DNA from: Candidatus Multivoradales bacterium
GTDB taxonomy: Bacteria > Acidobacteriota > Thermoanaerobaculia > Multivoradales > J023
NCBI GenBank assembly: GCA_965248925.1
Contig: CBDFLE010000006.1
Coordinates: forward strand, 608,001-672,000
Reading direction: 5' to 3'
Length of the DNA stretch: 64,000 nt
The notes beneath the pieces were generated by a model, which was not told the origin of the DNA, did not search any database, and worked only from the letters and a program-made list of their open reading frames with translations. The position numbers and the translations under genes are program-made. This document shows, in pieces, positions 50,954 through 60,561 of the stretch. Position 1 is the first letter of the stretch. Each line of letters opens with the position of its first letter.

Positions 50954-51831
50954 TTGACCGACCGCAAGTCTTCGCCAGCGCTCCCGGGGAAACTCGCCTT
51001 GCCGCACGGCGGCAAACTAAACCAGTCGAGGGTTTCTAACCGTTGTCGGGCTTTCTTGCGCGATCGAGCATCCGAGTGGCCACACTGGCGGTTGCAAGGC
51101 CGTCAACTGGGTGACGCCGAACTGCTGCTCAACGGCGCCTACTCCCCGCTGGCTGGATTCATGACCCGCAGCCAAGTCGTGGCGGTTTGTCAACAGCTGC
51201 GGCTGCCCGACGGCACTCCCTGGCCGCTGCCAATAACTCTCGAAATCGAACCACAGATTGTCCGCCAGACTGCCGCCGTCGGCCACCTGAGCTTGGTCGA
51301 TACCGACGGCGCCCTCTTCGCCGTCCTCCGCGTCGAGGATCTGTGGCATCCCGACCACCACAGCGAGGCCGCCGCTACTTATGGCACTTTGGATACTCGC
51401 CACCCAGGAGTAGCCGAGCACTTGCTGGTCACCAACCGGCTCGCTATCGGCGGGTCACTGCAGAGGATCGTCCAACCCGAGCCAGTCGAATTCCGCGATC
51501 TGCGCCTGACTCCCCGGCAACTGCGGCAACGCCTAAGCGAGCACCGCGGCCCATTAGTCGCCTTGGGCGTCCACCGACCGCTGCACCGTCGGCAGGCAGC
51601 ACAGTGGGCAGGCAGCACAGTGGGCAGGCAGCACAGTGGGCAGCTGCCCGGCGTGGTCTGCTGAAGCCCTTTCCCGGCATCACTGAGCCCTACGAGGTAC
51701 CGGCCGATGCCGAGTTGCGACTCGACACCGTGCGGCTGAGCCCGACACAGGCGGCGGCGAAGATTATCCAACACCTGCGGGCAGCAGGTTTTTTGCAGCA
51801 ACGGCAGGAATCAAGGGGTGGCGAGGCGTGA
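50954..51831 (+). pseudogene. Internally deleted, frameshifted bifunctional sulfate adenylyltransferase/APS kinase (sat-cysC) remnant
   Basis: N-terminal PUA-like part (PHGGKL, DAELLLNGAYSPLAGFM, WPLPITL, HPGV, LRLTPRQLR) is joined through a tandem repeat to the APS-kinase tail (ARRGLLKPFPGITEPYEVP). Confidence 0.82.
51591..51643. repeat. Tandem repeat, 3.3 x GGCAGGCAGCACAGTG (16 bp)
   Basis: Units at 51591, 51607 and 51623, plus a partial GGCAG. Confidence 0.95.
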
Positions 51832-52488
51832 GACCTGCTCGATGATCACTGGCTCGACCGGCACATTCTCCATCCGATTTCGTCGACTGGTCTTCACCGT
51901 CGAAATCGCGTCGACCGTCTCCATGCCCTCGACCACCTTAGCGAACACCGTATAGCCCCAGCCGGTTTGCCCTGGTTGGTCGCCAGTCTGCCCCGGAAGG
52001 TTGAGGAACTCGTTGTCGACGGTGTTGACGAAGAACTGAGACGTAGCACTGTGCGGCGCACTGGTGCGCGCCATGGCCAGCGAACCACGAACGTTCTTGA
52101 GCCTATTGGCGGACTCGTTCTTGATCGGCGGGCGAACCGCCTTCTTGGCCAGATCCGGGGAAAAACCGCCGCCTTGGATCATGAATCCTGGAATCACCCG
52201 ATGAAAGACCGTGCCATCAAAAAAGCCACTGTCGACATAGGCGAGGAAATTCGCCACCGACAACGGCGCTTCCTCCTCGTACAACTCGATCACGAAGGAA
52301 CCTAGCGAAGTCTCCAGCCGCACCCGCGGCCCCGCGGCCTCATCCATCGTCGCCTCATCCATCGAAGAAGAGTCTTGGGTCGCGGCCGCGGAGGTGGTTG
52401 CTTCAGTCTCACCTTCTTGCGCCTGGCTGACGCCGACGAGTAGGAACAGTGCCGCTAGCAGCGGCAGTAGCACTTTGCGCATGGTCAT
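51811..52488 (-). CDS. ppiA: Exported cyclophilin-type peptidyl-prolyl isomerase
   Basis: Signal peptide; FHRVIPGFMIQGGG, AMARTSAPHSATSQFFVN and GYTVFAKV. Confidence 0.93.
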   Translation of the reverse strand: MTMRKVLLPLLAALFLLVGVSQAQEGETEATTSAAATQDSSSMDEATMDEAAGPRVRLETSLGSFVIELYEEEAPLSVANFLAYVDSGFFDGTVFHRVIPGFMIQGGGFSPDLAKKAVRPPIKNESANRLKNVRGSLAMARTSAPHSATSQFFVNTVDNEFLNLPGQTGDQPGQTGWGYTVFAKVVEGMETVDAISTVKTSRRNRMENVPVEPVIIEQVSRLATP

Positions 52489-52611
52489 CTCTCTCTTAGC
52501 GGTGAAAAGGGGCTCTGCCGAGGGGCCAATCCACTCCCAGCCCGGCCTCGGTCAGCCAACCTACACCGTCCCCGGTCACCCACGCAAGCACCACCGGCAA
52601 GCCGCGACGAC

Positions 52612-53199
52612 TCAGCCAGCAGGCAACGCTTCGCTTTCCCCAGTTGCCAGGCGGCCGAAAAGCCAGGCCTTCGCCATCCCCCATTCCCGCTTGACCGTGG
52701 CGACCGAGATCGACAGGACCTCGGCCGTCTCACGGATCGTCAGGCCGCCAAAGAAGCGTAACTCAACCACCCGGCTCTGCCGCGGATCGAGCTTGACCAG
52801 CTCCGCCAAAGCGTCGTCAAGGGCGATCAAATCGACCCCCCGCGGGCCGCTACTAGCCAGCGCATCGACCCATGTCAGGCGACGACCATAGCCCCGCTTG
52901 GCGGCTCGATGGCTGCGTGCATGGTCCACCAAAATGCGTCGCATCAAACGCGAGGCCACGCCGAAGAAGTGGGCTCGATTCTGCCACTGCACCCGACTTT
53001 GATCGATCAATTTGATGTAGGTCTCGTGCACCAGCACGGTCGACTGGAGGGTGTGGCTACCGCGCTCAGCACGAAAATAGTGCTCGGCCAACAGGCGAAG
53101 CTCGTCGTAGACCAACGGCAAGAGCTGGTCGAGTGCCGCCTCGTCGCCCCCGTTCCACTCCAACAACAGCTGAGTGACTCCCTTCGTCAGCGCCGCCAT
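52612..53199 (-). CDS. ECF sigma-70 factor, ECF43-like, with no adjacent kinase
   Basis: VTQLLLEWNGGD, HTLQSTVLVHE and VVELRFFGGLT; GGAGG RBS. Confidence 0.93.
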   Translation of the reverse strand: MAALTKGVTQLLLEWNGGDEAALDQLLPLVYDELRLLAEHYFRAERGSHTLQSTVLVHETYIKLIDQSRVQWQNRAHFFGVASRLMRRILVDHARSHRAAKRGYGRRLTWVDALASSGPRGVDLIALDDALAELVKLDPRQSRVVELRFFGGLTIRETAEVLSISVATVKREWGMAKAWLFGRLATGESEALPAG

Positions 53200-53343
53200 C
53201 GGTATCCTCCACTCCTCATCTTAGTTTGATCGACAGTCTACAACAGGGTTTGGAGTCGGAAATCACGCTACCGCTGAACACCAAGGTTGGCGCTCGCAAT
53301 TGTCACGGGATATTGTCATTGCTCTAGCCAACAGGAGATGCCG

Positions 53344-53778
53344 ATGAGTGAGACACGAAGCAACACGGTGACCATCTGCCCGAACGGCCCCTTCGAGGTC
53401 AGCGGCTCCTCGAGCCTGGTGGGCCCCGGAAGCACCGCTGAGCCCGGCGAGCCAACCCTCTGGTTGTGCCGCTGCGGCGCCTCGGCCAACAAGCCATTCT
53501 GCGACGGTAGCCACTCGCAGATCGACTTCAGCGACCCCGGCACAGTGGCCAACCCGAAGGCCCTGCGCACCGACCCCAAGACCGCCGAAAAGAGCTGCCT
53601 GGAGATCACCCTGGCGGCCAATGGACCGCTGATCTTAAAAGGCGCGTTCGAGCTGGTCGACGGCGGCGGGGAGACCGCTGGCAGCGGCAGCCGCGCCGCC
53701 CTCTGCCGCTGCGGTGCGTCAGCCAACAAGCCGTTCTGCGATGGCAGCCACAACAAGATCGGCTTCAGCGCCCCCTGA
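53344..53778 (+). CDS. Tandem CDGSH iron-sulfur domain protein
   Basis: Two LCRCGASANKPFCDGSH motifs. Confidence 0.93.
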   Translation: MSETRSNTVTICPNGPFEVSGSSSLVGPGSTAEPGEPTLWLCRCGASANKPFCDGSHSQIDFSDPGTVANPKALRTDPKTAEKSCLEITLAANGPLILKGAFELVDGGGETAGSGSRAALCRCGASANKPFCDGSHNKIGFSAP

Positions 53779-53786
53779 TCCGGCGG

Positions 53787-54674
53787 TTAGAAATCTCGCT
53801 GGCCGCTGCGCCCGCGGCTCACCACCCCCTCGACAGTGAACACCAACAGAGCCAGCCAGATGAAGGCGAAGCCCACCAGCCGCTGGCGGTCGAAAGGTTC
53901 GCCATAGACCAACACCCCGAGCAGCAGCTGCATCACCGGCGCGATGTATTGCAAAACACCGATCAGCGACAAGGGCAACCGCTGGGCGGCGGCGGCGAAG
54001 AAAACCAAGGGTACCGCGGTGGCGACCCCCGAGCCGATGAGCAAGAGATCGGTCGCCCCTGACAGGCGAGTGAAGCTACCGCTATCGCTGATCTGGCAGA
54101 CAATCAGCACCGCGACTGCCGGCAGAAACATCAACGCGGTCTCGAAAGTCAGGCCCTCCACTGCGGGTAAGGGAGCGATTTTCTTCAGCACGGCATAGAT
54201 CGCGAACAAGAGCGCGAGCGAGAGAGAGATCCACGGCAAACGGCCGTAGGTGAGGGTCAAGTAGACCACCCCCACCGCGGCCAAGCCAATCGCTGACCAC
54301 TGGCCGAGGCGCAACTTCTCGTGGAATACCACCACTCCCAGAAAAACATTGACCAGAGGATTGATAAAGTAGCCCAGGCTGGTTTCGACGACGAAGCCAG
54401 AATTGACCGCCCAGATGTAGATGCCCCAGTTGGCGGCGATCAGCAGCGACGCGCCGAGGTAGATCCACCTCGTCCGCGGTTCGCCCCAGGCCCCGCGAAG
54501 CCTCCGCCAGCGACCGCTCAGCAGCAGCAGGCCGCCGAGGAAAACCAACGACCAAACCATCCGATGAAGCAGGATCTCGAGCGCCGGGACCTCGAGCAAC
54601 AGCTTCCAGTAGATGGGTAGCAAGCCCCACAGCCCATAGGCACCGAGGGCAAATCCAAGTCCTTTCTTGTCCAA
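53787..54674 (-). CDS. rarD: EamA-family permease RarD
   Basis: AYGLWGLLPIYWK, EILLHRMVWS, SLGYFINPLVN and GVLQYIAP. Confidence 0.93.
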   Translation of the reverse strand: MDKKGLGFALGAYGLWGLLPIYWKLLLEVPALEILLHRMVWSLVFLGGLLLLSGRWRRLRGAWGEPRTRWIYLGASLLIAANWGIYIWAVNSGFVVETSLGYFINPLVNVFLGVVVFHEKLRLGQWSAIGLAAVGVVYLTLTYGRLPWISLSLALLFAIYAVLKKIAPLPAVEGLTFETALMFLPAVAVLIVCQISDSGSFTRLSGATDLLLIGSGVATAVPLVFFAAAAQRLPLSLIGVLQYIAPVMQLLLGVLVYGEPFDRQRLVGFAFIWLALLVFTVEGVVSRGRSGQRDF

Positions 54675-54836
54675 CTGATATCCCCTCGTCGAGGCTCACT
54701 AGAACCCCGGTGGCCAGCAGCTCGATCTTAGGGGCTACCCTAGAACAGTGGAGCGGCTCAGCAACAGTGCCGCGGCAAGGCGCTCGGCGGCAAATCTACG
54801 CGGGCTTCCTGGCGGCTCCGCTGATGACGAGATCCA

Positions 54837-55847
54837 CTAGCTGACAAGTGACAACTCGGCGGCAAAGTCCTCCGGCAGCCGAGTGTCTTGGCGCCGCAGC
54901 CGAGTCCAATCAAAGGTGTCCACGAGACTCGCTGGAGTAGACCTCGCTAGGTGCTCGCTCAAACCTAGAGAGTGCGCCATCCAGCCCACCAGCTGGGCGG
55001 CTTCAACCCCGGAATCCCGCAGCGCTTTCAAAGTCAGCCCAGTGTCGCGCTTGGAAAGCTTCTCACCAGCGGTATCGAGCACCATCGGCACATGGGCATA
55101 GCTCGGCCGCTGGCCACCGAGAGCCTCGATCAGCTGGATTTGGCGAGCGGTGGAATCGAGCAGCTCGCTGCCCCGTACCACTTCGTTAATGGCCATCTCG
55201 AGATCATCCACCACCACCGCCAGCTGATAGGCCCACAGCCCGTCGCGACGCTTGAGCACGAAGTCGCCGACCTCCAGATCCACCCGCTCTTCGCAGGCGC
55301 CGAACAGTCGGTCGGCGAAGATCACCGGCCGCTCTTCGACCTGGAAACGCAAGGCCGCATCCGGCCTCTCGGCCCTGCGCAGCTGCTCCAACCAGCCCCC
55401 CTCGAGCCGGCTAGGGCGCCACTCGGCGGCATAGGGAGATTGGCCGCTCGCACCGTGCGGCGCCTGTGTCAAACCGCGAAGATCACGCCGCGAAAGCCGG
55501 CAAGGAAAAAGCCGGCCGGCGTGGTACAAGCGGTCGATGGCGCGGTCGTAAAAATCACCGCGCAGCGATTGCTGGTAGGGACCGAAGGGACCGCCAAGGT
55601 CGCCTCCCTCATCCCAATCGAGGCCCAGCCAGGCGAGATCTTCCAGCGCCGCCGCGGCCACACCGACGACAGTACGCGGCGGATCAAGATCCTCAAGGCG
55701 CCAGATCAGACTGCCGCCACGACTGCGTACCGAAAGCCAGGCGAGCAGCGCCGTGCGGGCGCTGCCCACATGCAACAGGCCGCTCGGCGAAGGCGCCCAG
55801 CGGCCGCGCGGACGGTTGGAGGTGGGGAATGCAGCGATTTCTGACAT
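54837..55847 (-). CDS. gluQ: Glutamyl-Q tRNA(Asp) synthetase
   Basis: RWAPSPSGLLHVGS, RLEDLDPPR, AYQLAVVVDD and KLSKR; no anticodon-binding domain. Confidence 0.9.
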   Translation of the reverse strand: MSEIAAFPTSNRPRGRWAPSPSGLLHVGSARTALLAWLSVRSRGGSLIWRLEDLDPPRTVVGVAAAALEDLAWLGLDWDEGGDLGGPFGPYQQSLRGDFYDRAIDRLYHAGRLFPCRLSRRDLRGLTQAPHGASGQSPYAAEWRPSRLEGGWLEQLRRAERPDAALRFQVEERPVIFADRLFGACEERVDLEVGDFVLKRRDGLWAYQLAVVVDDLEMAINEVVRGSELLDSTARQIQLIEALGGQRPSYAHVPMVLDTAGEKLSKRDTGLTLKALRDSGVEAAQLVGWMAHSLGLSEHLARSTPASLVDTFDWTRLRRQDTRLPEDFAAELSLVS

Positions 55848-55898
55848 TGGTGAGCGATAGTACCGCCACCCACCGCGACAGCGGGACGCTGAGAAGTC

Positions 55899-56111
55899 TC
55901 AACGACTCCAAGCAGCCGCTTCGCGAGCAGTCGGCAAGGCAATGTTGATCTCCCCCGACAAACCCAGTTTCTGTTTGCCTTGCCGCGGCAGATCGAGCAC
56001 CTCCACCGCCTCTCCATACGGCGCCTCGGCGAGGGGTCTAACCATCACCGGCTTGTCCGGGTTGGCGGTCAATCGTGGGCGCAGGTAAGGCAGTAGCTGG
56101 CCCCGTCGCAT
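55899..56111 (-). pseudogene. C-terminal fragment of an ExbD/TolR biopolymer transport protein
   Basis: LRPRLTANPDKPVMVRPLAEAPYGEAVEVLD resembles the ExbD periplasmic domain; the N-terminal TM helix is absent. Confidence 0.5.
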
Positions 56112-56130
56112 GAGCTGGCCGCTACCCGAC

Positions 56131-57531
56131 TCAACTCTCTGCCGCGAGGCTAGTCTCGCGGATCGCAACCTCCCGCATGCCACCGGGGTGGGTTTCGATC
56201 AACTTCGTGCCGCGGCCATCCGTGGCGCGCTCGAAAATGAGCACGAAACCCTCGCTACCAATCTGATGGAAACGGTCTTCAGCCAATGGCAGGAGCTGGT
56301 AGGTGCTGCGCTCGCGGAAGCGCAGGTACAGCGTGTCACCCTCCAGCCACACCCGCCGCTTGCCGTAGGTGCCGACCAGTTGCTCGAGCTCGGCGGCGGC
56401 GATGACCACCGGCTCGAGTTCGGCACGGAGTGCCGCCGCGACCCGGTCGAGCACCCCGGCGTAGACCTCCTCCTCCTCGCGAACATTCGCCGCTAGCTGC
56501 TCTGCGGCCAGCAGGTGGGCGCGCAACAAGGCTTGCTCAGCCGGCACCGCTATGTCGGGCTCGACCCCGGTGCCTTCCCAGTTGGTGCCGGTCACCGGAT
56601 TGACCGCCGCGCCGGTGGAAACAAAGATGCCGAAGCCCTGCACCGCCTCCAAGAAACCACCCGGATTGGCGCCACCCGCGGTGGTCTCGCCGATCAGAGT
56701 GGCGCGTTCGCGGGTCTGCATGTTGTAGGAGAATTCCTCGGCTGCCGAGGCAGTCCGGCGGCTGGTGAGAACATACAGCGGCACTTCGGGTAGGCGCTTG
56801 CCAGGCACGTAAGGCAGCGTCCAAAACTGATTCGTAACCTCGCCTTCTCGCCAGTACAGACTGTTCAAATGCACCGGCGAATCGGCGGCAAAGAAGTACG
56901 AGCACAACAGCTGCACCATCGCCGGATCACCGCCGCCATTGCGCCTCAAGTCAATGATCACCGCCGCTGAGTTGGCCAGCGTACCCATCGCCGCGGTCGC
57001 CACTTCCGCCGCCACCTCGACCGGCAAGAACCCTCGTAGGTCGAGATAGCCGATGTTGCCATCGAGACGCTGGATGGCATAGAAGCCAAAATTGCGCCGT
57101 TGGGCACTACGCAAGCGGCGAGCCTGGTTGGCCTTCTGCTCTTCGGGGGTGGCCTCCTGAGTGCGCCCTTGCCAGTACTCAGGCGGCCGCCAAGAGACGC
57201 CGAAGTGCCCGTCGTACTGACGCAACTCCTGGCTTAACGCGCCGGAGAAAGAGCGCACATCCTGATGCTCGTGCCAACGGTCGGTGGTGGCGGCGGCGCG
57301 CAATTCGCCGGCGATCTCTGCCGCCTTGTCGGGATAGACGTAACGCTCTTCGATCAGCTCGGCCAAGCGCTCCAACACCTCGCCGCGCAAAGCGGCGCTC
57401 AGGGCGGGTGGCTCGCTGGCCTCAGACCTTGTCCACGGTGTCGCCCCTGGCGCCAGGCTGATACCGGCGACCAGCAAGAGAAAGAGAACCACTCGACGAT
57501 TCGAGGTAAGACTGTACGGACGCATCGGCAA
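56131..57531 (-). CDS. Secreted S41 family peptidase (IRBP-like)
   Basis: Signal peptide; GNIGYLDLRGF, IIDLRRNGGG, TASAAEEF, IGETTAGG and NWEGTGVEPD. Confidence 0.92.
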   Translation of the reverse strand: MPMRPYSLTSNRRVVLFLLLVAGISLAPGATPWTRSEASEPPALSAALRGEVLERLAELIEERYVYPDKAAEIAGELRAAATTDRWHEHQDVRSFSGALSQELRQYDGHFGVSWRPPEYWQGRTQEATPEEQKANQARRLRSAQRRNFGFYAIQRLDGNIGYLDLRGFLPVEVAAEVATAAMGTLANSAAVIIDLRRNGGGDPAMVQLLCSYFFAADSPVHLNSLYWREGEVTNQFWTLPYVPGKRLPEVPLYVLTSRRTASAAEEFSYNMQTRERATLIGETTAGGANPGGFLEAVQGFGIFVSTGAAVNPVTGTNWEGTGVEPDIAVPAEQALLRAHLLAAEQLAANVREEEEVYAGVLDRVAAALRAELEPVVIAAAELEQLVGTYGKRRVWLEGDTLYLRFRERSTYQLLPLAEDRFHQIGSEGFVLIFERATDGRGTKLIETHPGGMREVAIRETSLAAES

Positions 57532-57571
57532 CCTCCTGGAGGATCATTGTTCCAGCTTGGTTTCAGTTCTT

Positions 57572-57600
57572 AATGACGAGATTCTGCCTGCCAAGGTTCC
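57572..57600 (-). promoter_or_regulatory. Canonical ECF-type promoter GGAACC-N16-CGTCATT upstream of the S41 peptidase
   Basis: Minus strand GGAACCttggcaggcagaatctCGTCatt, about 40 nt upstream of the start. Confidence 0.5.
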
Positions 57601-57703
57601 TTATTGGGCAGGATGCAGCTCGACAGCAGCGCCGGCCGAAAGGCTACAATGGGCCACCCAATTCGTGTCTACCGTCTGCCAGCCGTGGAGGTCCGCCGCA
57701 GCA

Positions 57704-58207
57704 ATGACCCAGAACGCCGTTCAGAGTTCTTGTCAGATCTCGCTCCAAGTCAACGGGCAGACTTACCAGCGGACGGTCGAGCCGCGGCTGCTGTTGTCCG
57801 ACTTCCTGCGTCACGACCTTGGTCTCACCGGTACCCATGTGGGTTGTGAGCACGGTGTCTGTGGTGCCTGCACCATCCTGATGGATGGTCAGGCGGTGCG
57901 CGCGTGCCTGCTTTTCGCGGTGCAGGCCGACGGCGCCCAGCTCGACACGGTCGAGGGCCTGGCCGAGGCCGATGGCACCCTGCACCCCTTGCAGGCCGCC
58001 TTTCAAGAGTCCCACGGCTTGCAATGCGGCTTCTGCACGCCGGGTATCCTGATGTCAATCCTGCCCTGGCTGAAGGAGAATCCCGAGCCCAGCGACGATG
58101 ACATCCGGCACGCCCTGGGCGGTAACCTGTGCCGCTGCACGGGATATCAGAACATCGTCAAGGCCGTCCGCCTGGCGGCCGAGAGCCGGCGCCGGAGCCG
58201 GGCATGA
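57704..58207 (+). CDS. Xanthine dehydrogenase family 2Fe-2S subunit (CoxS-like)
   Basis: GCEHGVCGACT, QCGFCTPG and GNLCRCTGY. Confidence 0.93.
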   Translation: MTQNAVQSSCQISLQVNGQTYQRTVEPRLLLSDFLRHDLGLTGTHVGCEHGVCGACTILMDGQAVRACLLFAVQADGAQLDTVEGLAEADGTLHPLQAAFQESHGLQCGFCTPGILMSILPWLKENPEPSDDDIRHALGGNLCRCTGYQNIVKAVRLAAESRRRSRA

Positions 58208-60561
58208 CGAGCCGCTTTTTCGGTCAGCCGATCAAACGGCAGGAGGATCCCCGCCTGCTGCGCGGCGAAGCCCTATTCGTCGACGATGTGCAGCTGCCGG
58301 GGATGCTGCACGCCGCCTTCCTGCGCGCCGACTTCGCCCACGCCACCCTGGCTGGAGTCGATCTCGACGGCATCCGCGACCGCCCTGGAGTGGTGGCCGC
58401 CTACAACGCCGAAGACCTGGGCGACTACTGGCAGCCGGGACCGCTGCTGGTGCCACCGCCACCGATCGACGACCTGGTGTTCCACGCCCGCACCCAGGTA
58501 CCGCTGGCCAAAGACAAAATACGCTATGCCGGCGAGCCGCTAGCGGTGGTGGTCGCCGAGAGTCGCTACCTGGCCGAAGACGCCGTCGCCGAACTCTATG
58601 CCGACTGCGACCCGCTGCCGCCGGTGGTCGATATCGAGCGCGCCCTGGAACCCTCAGCGCCGCGGGTTCATGACGACCTCGATTCCAACTTGGCCGCCCA
58701 CGTGGTGCAACGCAAAGGCGACTACCCGAGCGCCCGCGCCGCCGCTACCCACTTGATCCGGCGCACCTTCCGCTACGACCGCGGCACCGCCGCGGCGATG
58801 GAAAACCGTGCCGTGGTGGCCGACTGGGATCGCCGGGGCGAAAAGCTCACCGTCTGGGACACCACCCAAGCGCCGATACCGATTCGCGGCGGCTTGGCCG
58901 ACATGCTCGGTCTGTCGGCATCTCAAGTGCGGGTAATCGCCCCCTTTATCGGCGGCGGCTTCGGCCCCAAGATCATGATGTTCTATCCTGAAGAGGTGCT
59001 GATCCCGTGGATCTCGATGCGCCTCGGCCGGCCGGTGAAGTGGATCGAGGATCGGCAGGAGAACTTCTTCGCCACCACCCACGAGCGCGGCCAGGTACAC
59101 GACGCCGAGATGGCCCTCGACGCCGCTGGCCACATCCTCGGCATCCACGACAGCTTCTTGCACGACACCGGCGCCTACGACCCCTACGGCCTGACGGTAC
59201 CGATCAACAGCCAATGCACCCTGCTCGGCCCCTACGCCGTGCCCCACTACGAGAGTGAATTCCGCGCCGTCTTTACCAACAAGCCAATCGTCACTCCTTA
59301 CCGCGGTGCCGGCCGCCAGCACGGGGTGTTCGTGATGGAGCGGCTGCTCGATCTGGCAGCTGAAAAGCTCGGTCTCGACCGGGTGGAGATCCGCCGCCGC
59401 AACTACGTTGCCAAGGATCAATTCCCACAGCACCACGAGATCATTTACCAGGACTTCACTGAGTTGGTCTACGACAGTGGCGACTACCAGCCGGCGCTCG
59501 AACGGGCCGCCGAGATGATTGGCTTCGAGGGCTTCGCCGAGCGCCAGCGCCAGGCCCGTGCCGCTGGGCGTCAGCTCGGTTTGGGCATCGTCTCCTACGT
59601 CGAAGGCACTGGCATCGGCCCCTACGAAGGCGCCCGGATCACCGTCGAATCAAGCGGCCAGGTGTCGGTGGCCACCGGCATCGGCACCCAGGGCCAGGGA
59701 CACTACACCAGCTTCGCCCAGATCGTCGCCGACCAACTCGGGGTCCAACCCACCGACGTGCGCCTGGTGACCGGCGACACCGCCGAGTTCTACTGGGGCG
59801 CCGGCACCTTCGCCAGCCGCGGCGCGGTGGTCGCCGGCAACGCCATCCACGCCGCCGCCCTCAAGGTGCGGCGGCGGATCTTGCACGTCGCCGCCGAGGA
59901 GCTGGAAGCCGCCGAGGAAGATCTCGAATTGGTGGACGGTCAGGTGCGGGTCAAGGGAGCGCCAACAAGCGCTATCACCCTCGGTGAGCTGGCCAAGCGC
60001 GCCAATCCCTTGCGCGGCGCGGTCAAGCCCGGCACCGAGCCCGGCCTGGAAGCCACCGACTACTTCGGCCCCCAACGTGGCGCCACCGCCAGCGGCGTTC
60101 ACGCGTTAATTCTGGAGGTCGACCCGGAGACTTTCCAGGTCACTATCGAGCGCTATGTGGTAGTCCATGATTGCGGTCGGGTGATCAACCCGATGATCTT
60201 GGATGGCCAGATCCATGGCGGCGTCGCCCAGGGAATCGGCAACGCCTTCTACGAACAGCTGGTCTACAGCGACCAGGGCCAGCTGCTCAACGCCTCGTTC
60301 ATGGACTTTCTTATTCCCACCGCCACGGACGTGCCGCCAATCGAGGGCGATCACATCGAGACTCCGTCGCCGCTCAATCCGCTGGGCGTCAAAGGGGCCG
60401 GCGAGGCGGGGGCAATTCCGGTGGCCGCCGGTTTCGCGCAAGCCATCGAAGATGCCCTCGGCCTTGAAGGGCTGGAGATCTTGGAGATCCCCCTCTCACC
60501 CAACCGCTTGTTCGAGCTGGTCAACGCCCACAACGCCCAGACTGCGGGAGGCGAACGATGA
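58204..60561 (+). CDS. Xanthine dehydrogenase family molybdopterin subunit (form II CoxL-like)
   Basis: REDPRLL-like RQEDPRLL, GGGFGPK, PYRGAGR, GQGH, GTFASR, GQIHGG and KGAGE; ATGA overlaps with neighbours. Confidence 0.93.
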   Translation: MTSRFFGQPIKRQEDPRLLRGEALFVDDVQLPGMLHAAFLRADFAHATLAGVDLDGIRDRPGVVAAYNAEDLGDYWQPGPLLVPPPPIDDLVFHARTQVPLAKDKIRYAGEPLAVVVAESRYLAEDAVAELYADCDPLPPVVDIERALEPSAPRVHDDLDSNLAAHVVQRKGDYPSARAAATHLIRRTFRYDRGTAAAMENRAVVADWDRRGEKLTVWDTTQAPIPIRGGLADMLGLSASQVRVIAPFIGGGFGPKIMMFYPEEVLIPWISMRLGRPVKWIEDRQENFFATTHERGQVHDAEMALDAAGHILGIHDSFLHDTGAYDPYGLTVPINSQCTLLGPYAVPHYESEFRAVFTNKPIVTPYRGAGRQHGVFVMERLLDLAAEKLGLDRVEIRRRNYVAKDQFPQHHEIIYQDFTELVYDSGDYQPALERAAEMIGFEGFAERQRQARAAGRQLGLGIVSYVEGTGIGPYEGARITVESSGQVSVATGIGTQGQGHYTSFAQIVADQLGVQPTDVRLVTGDTAEFYWGAGTFASRGAVVAGNAIHAAALKVRRRILHVAAEELEAAEEDLELVDGQVRVKGAPTSAITLGELAKRANPLRGAVKPGTEPGLEATDYFGPQRGATASGVHALILEVDPETFQVTIERYVVVHDCGRVINPMILDGQIHGGVAQGIGNAFYEQLVYSDQGQLLNASFMDFLIPTATDVPPIEGDHIETPSPLNPLGVKGAGEAGAIPVAAGFAQAIEDALGLEGLEILEIPLSPNRLFELVNAHNAQTAGGER

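Noticed and set aside
51591-51643. Short direct repeats as a CRISPR array
   Set aside because: The units are contiguous 16-mers with no spacers, and there are no cas genes in the window.
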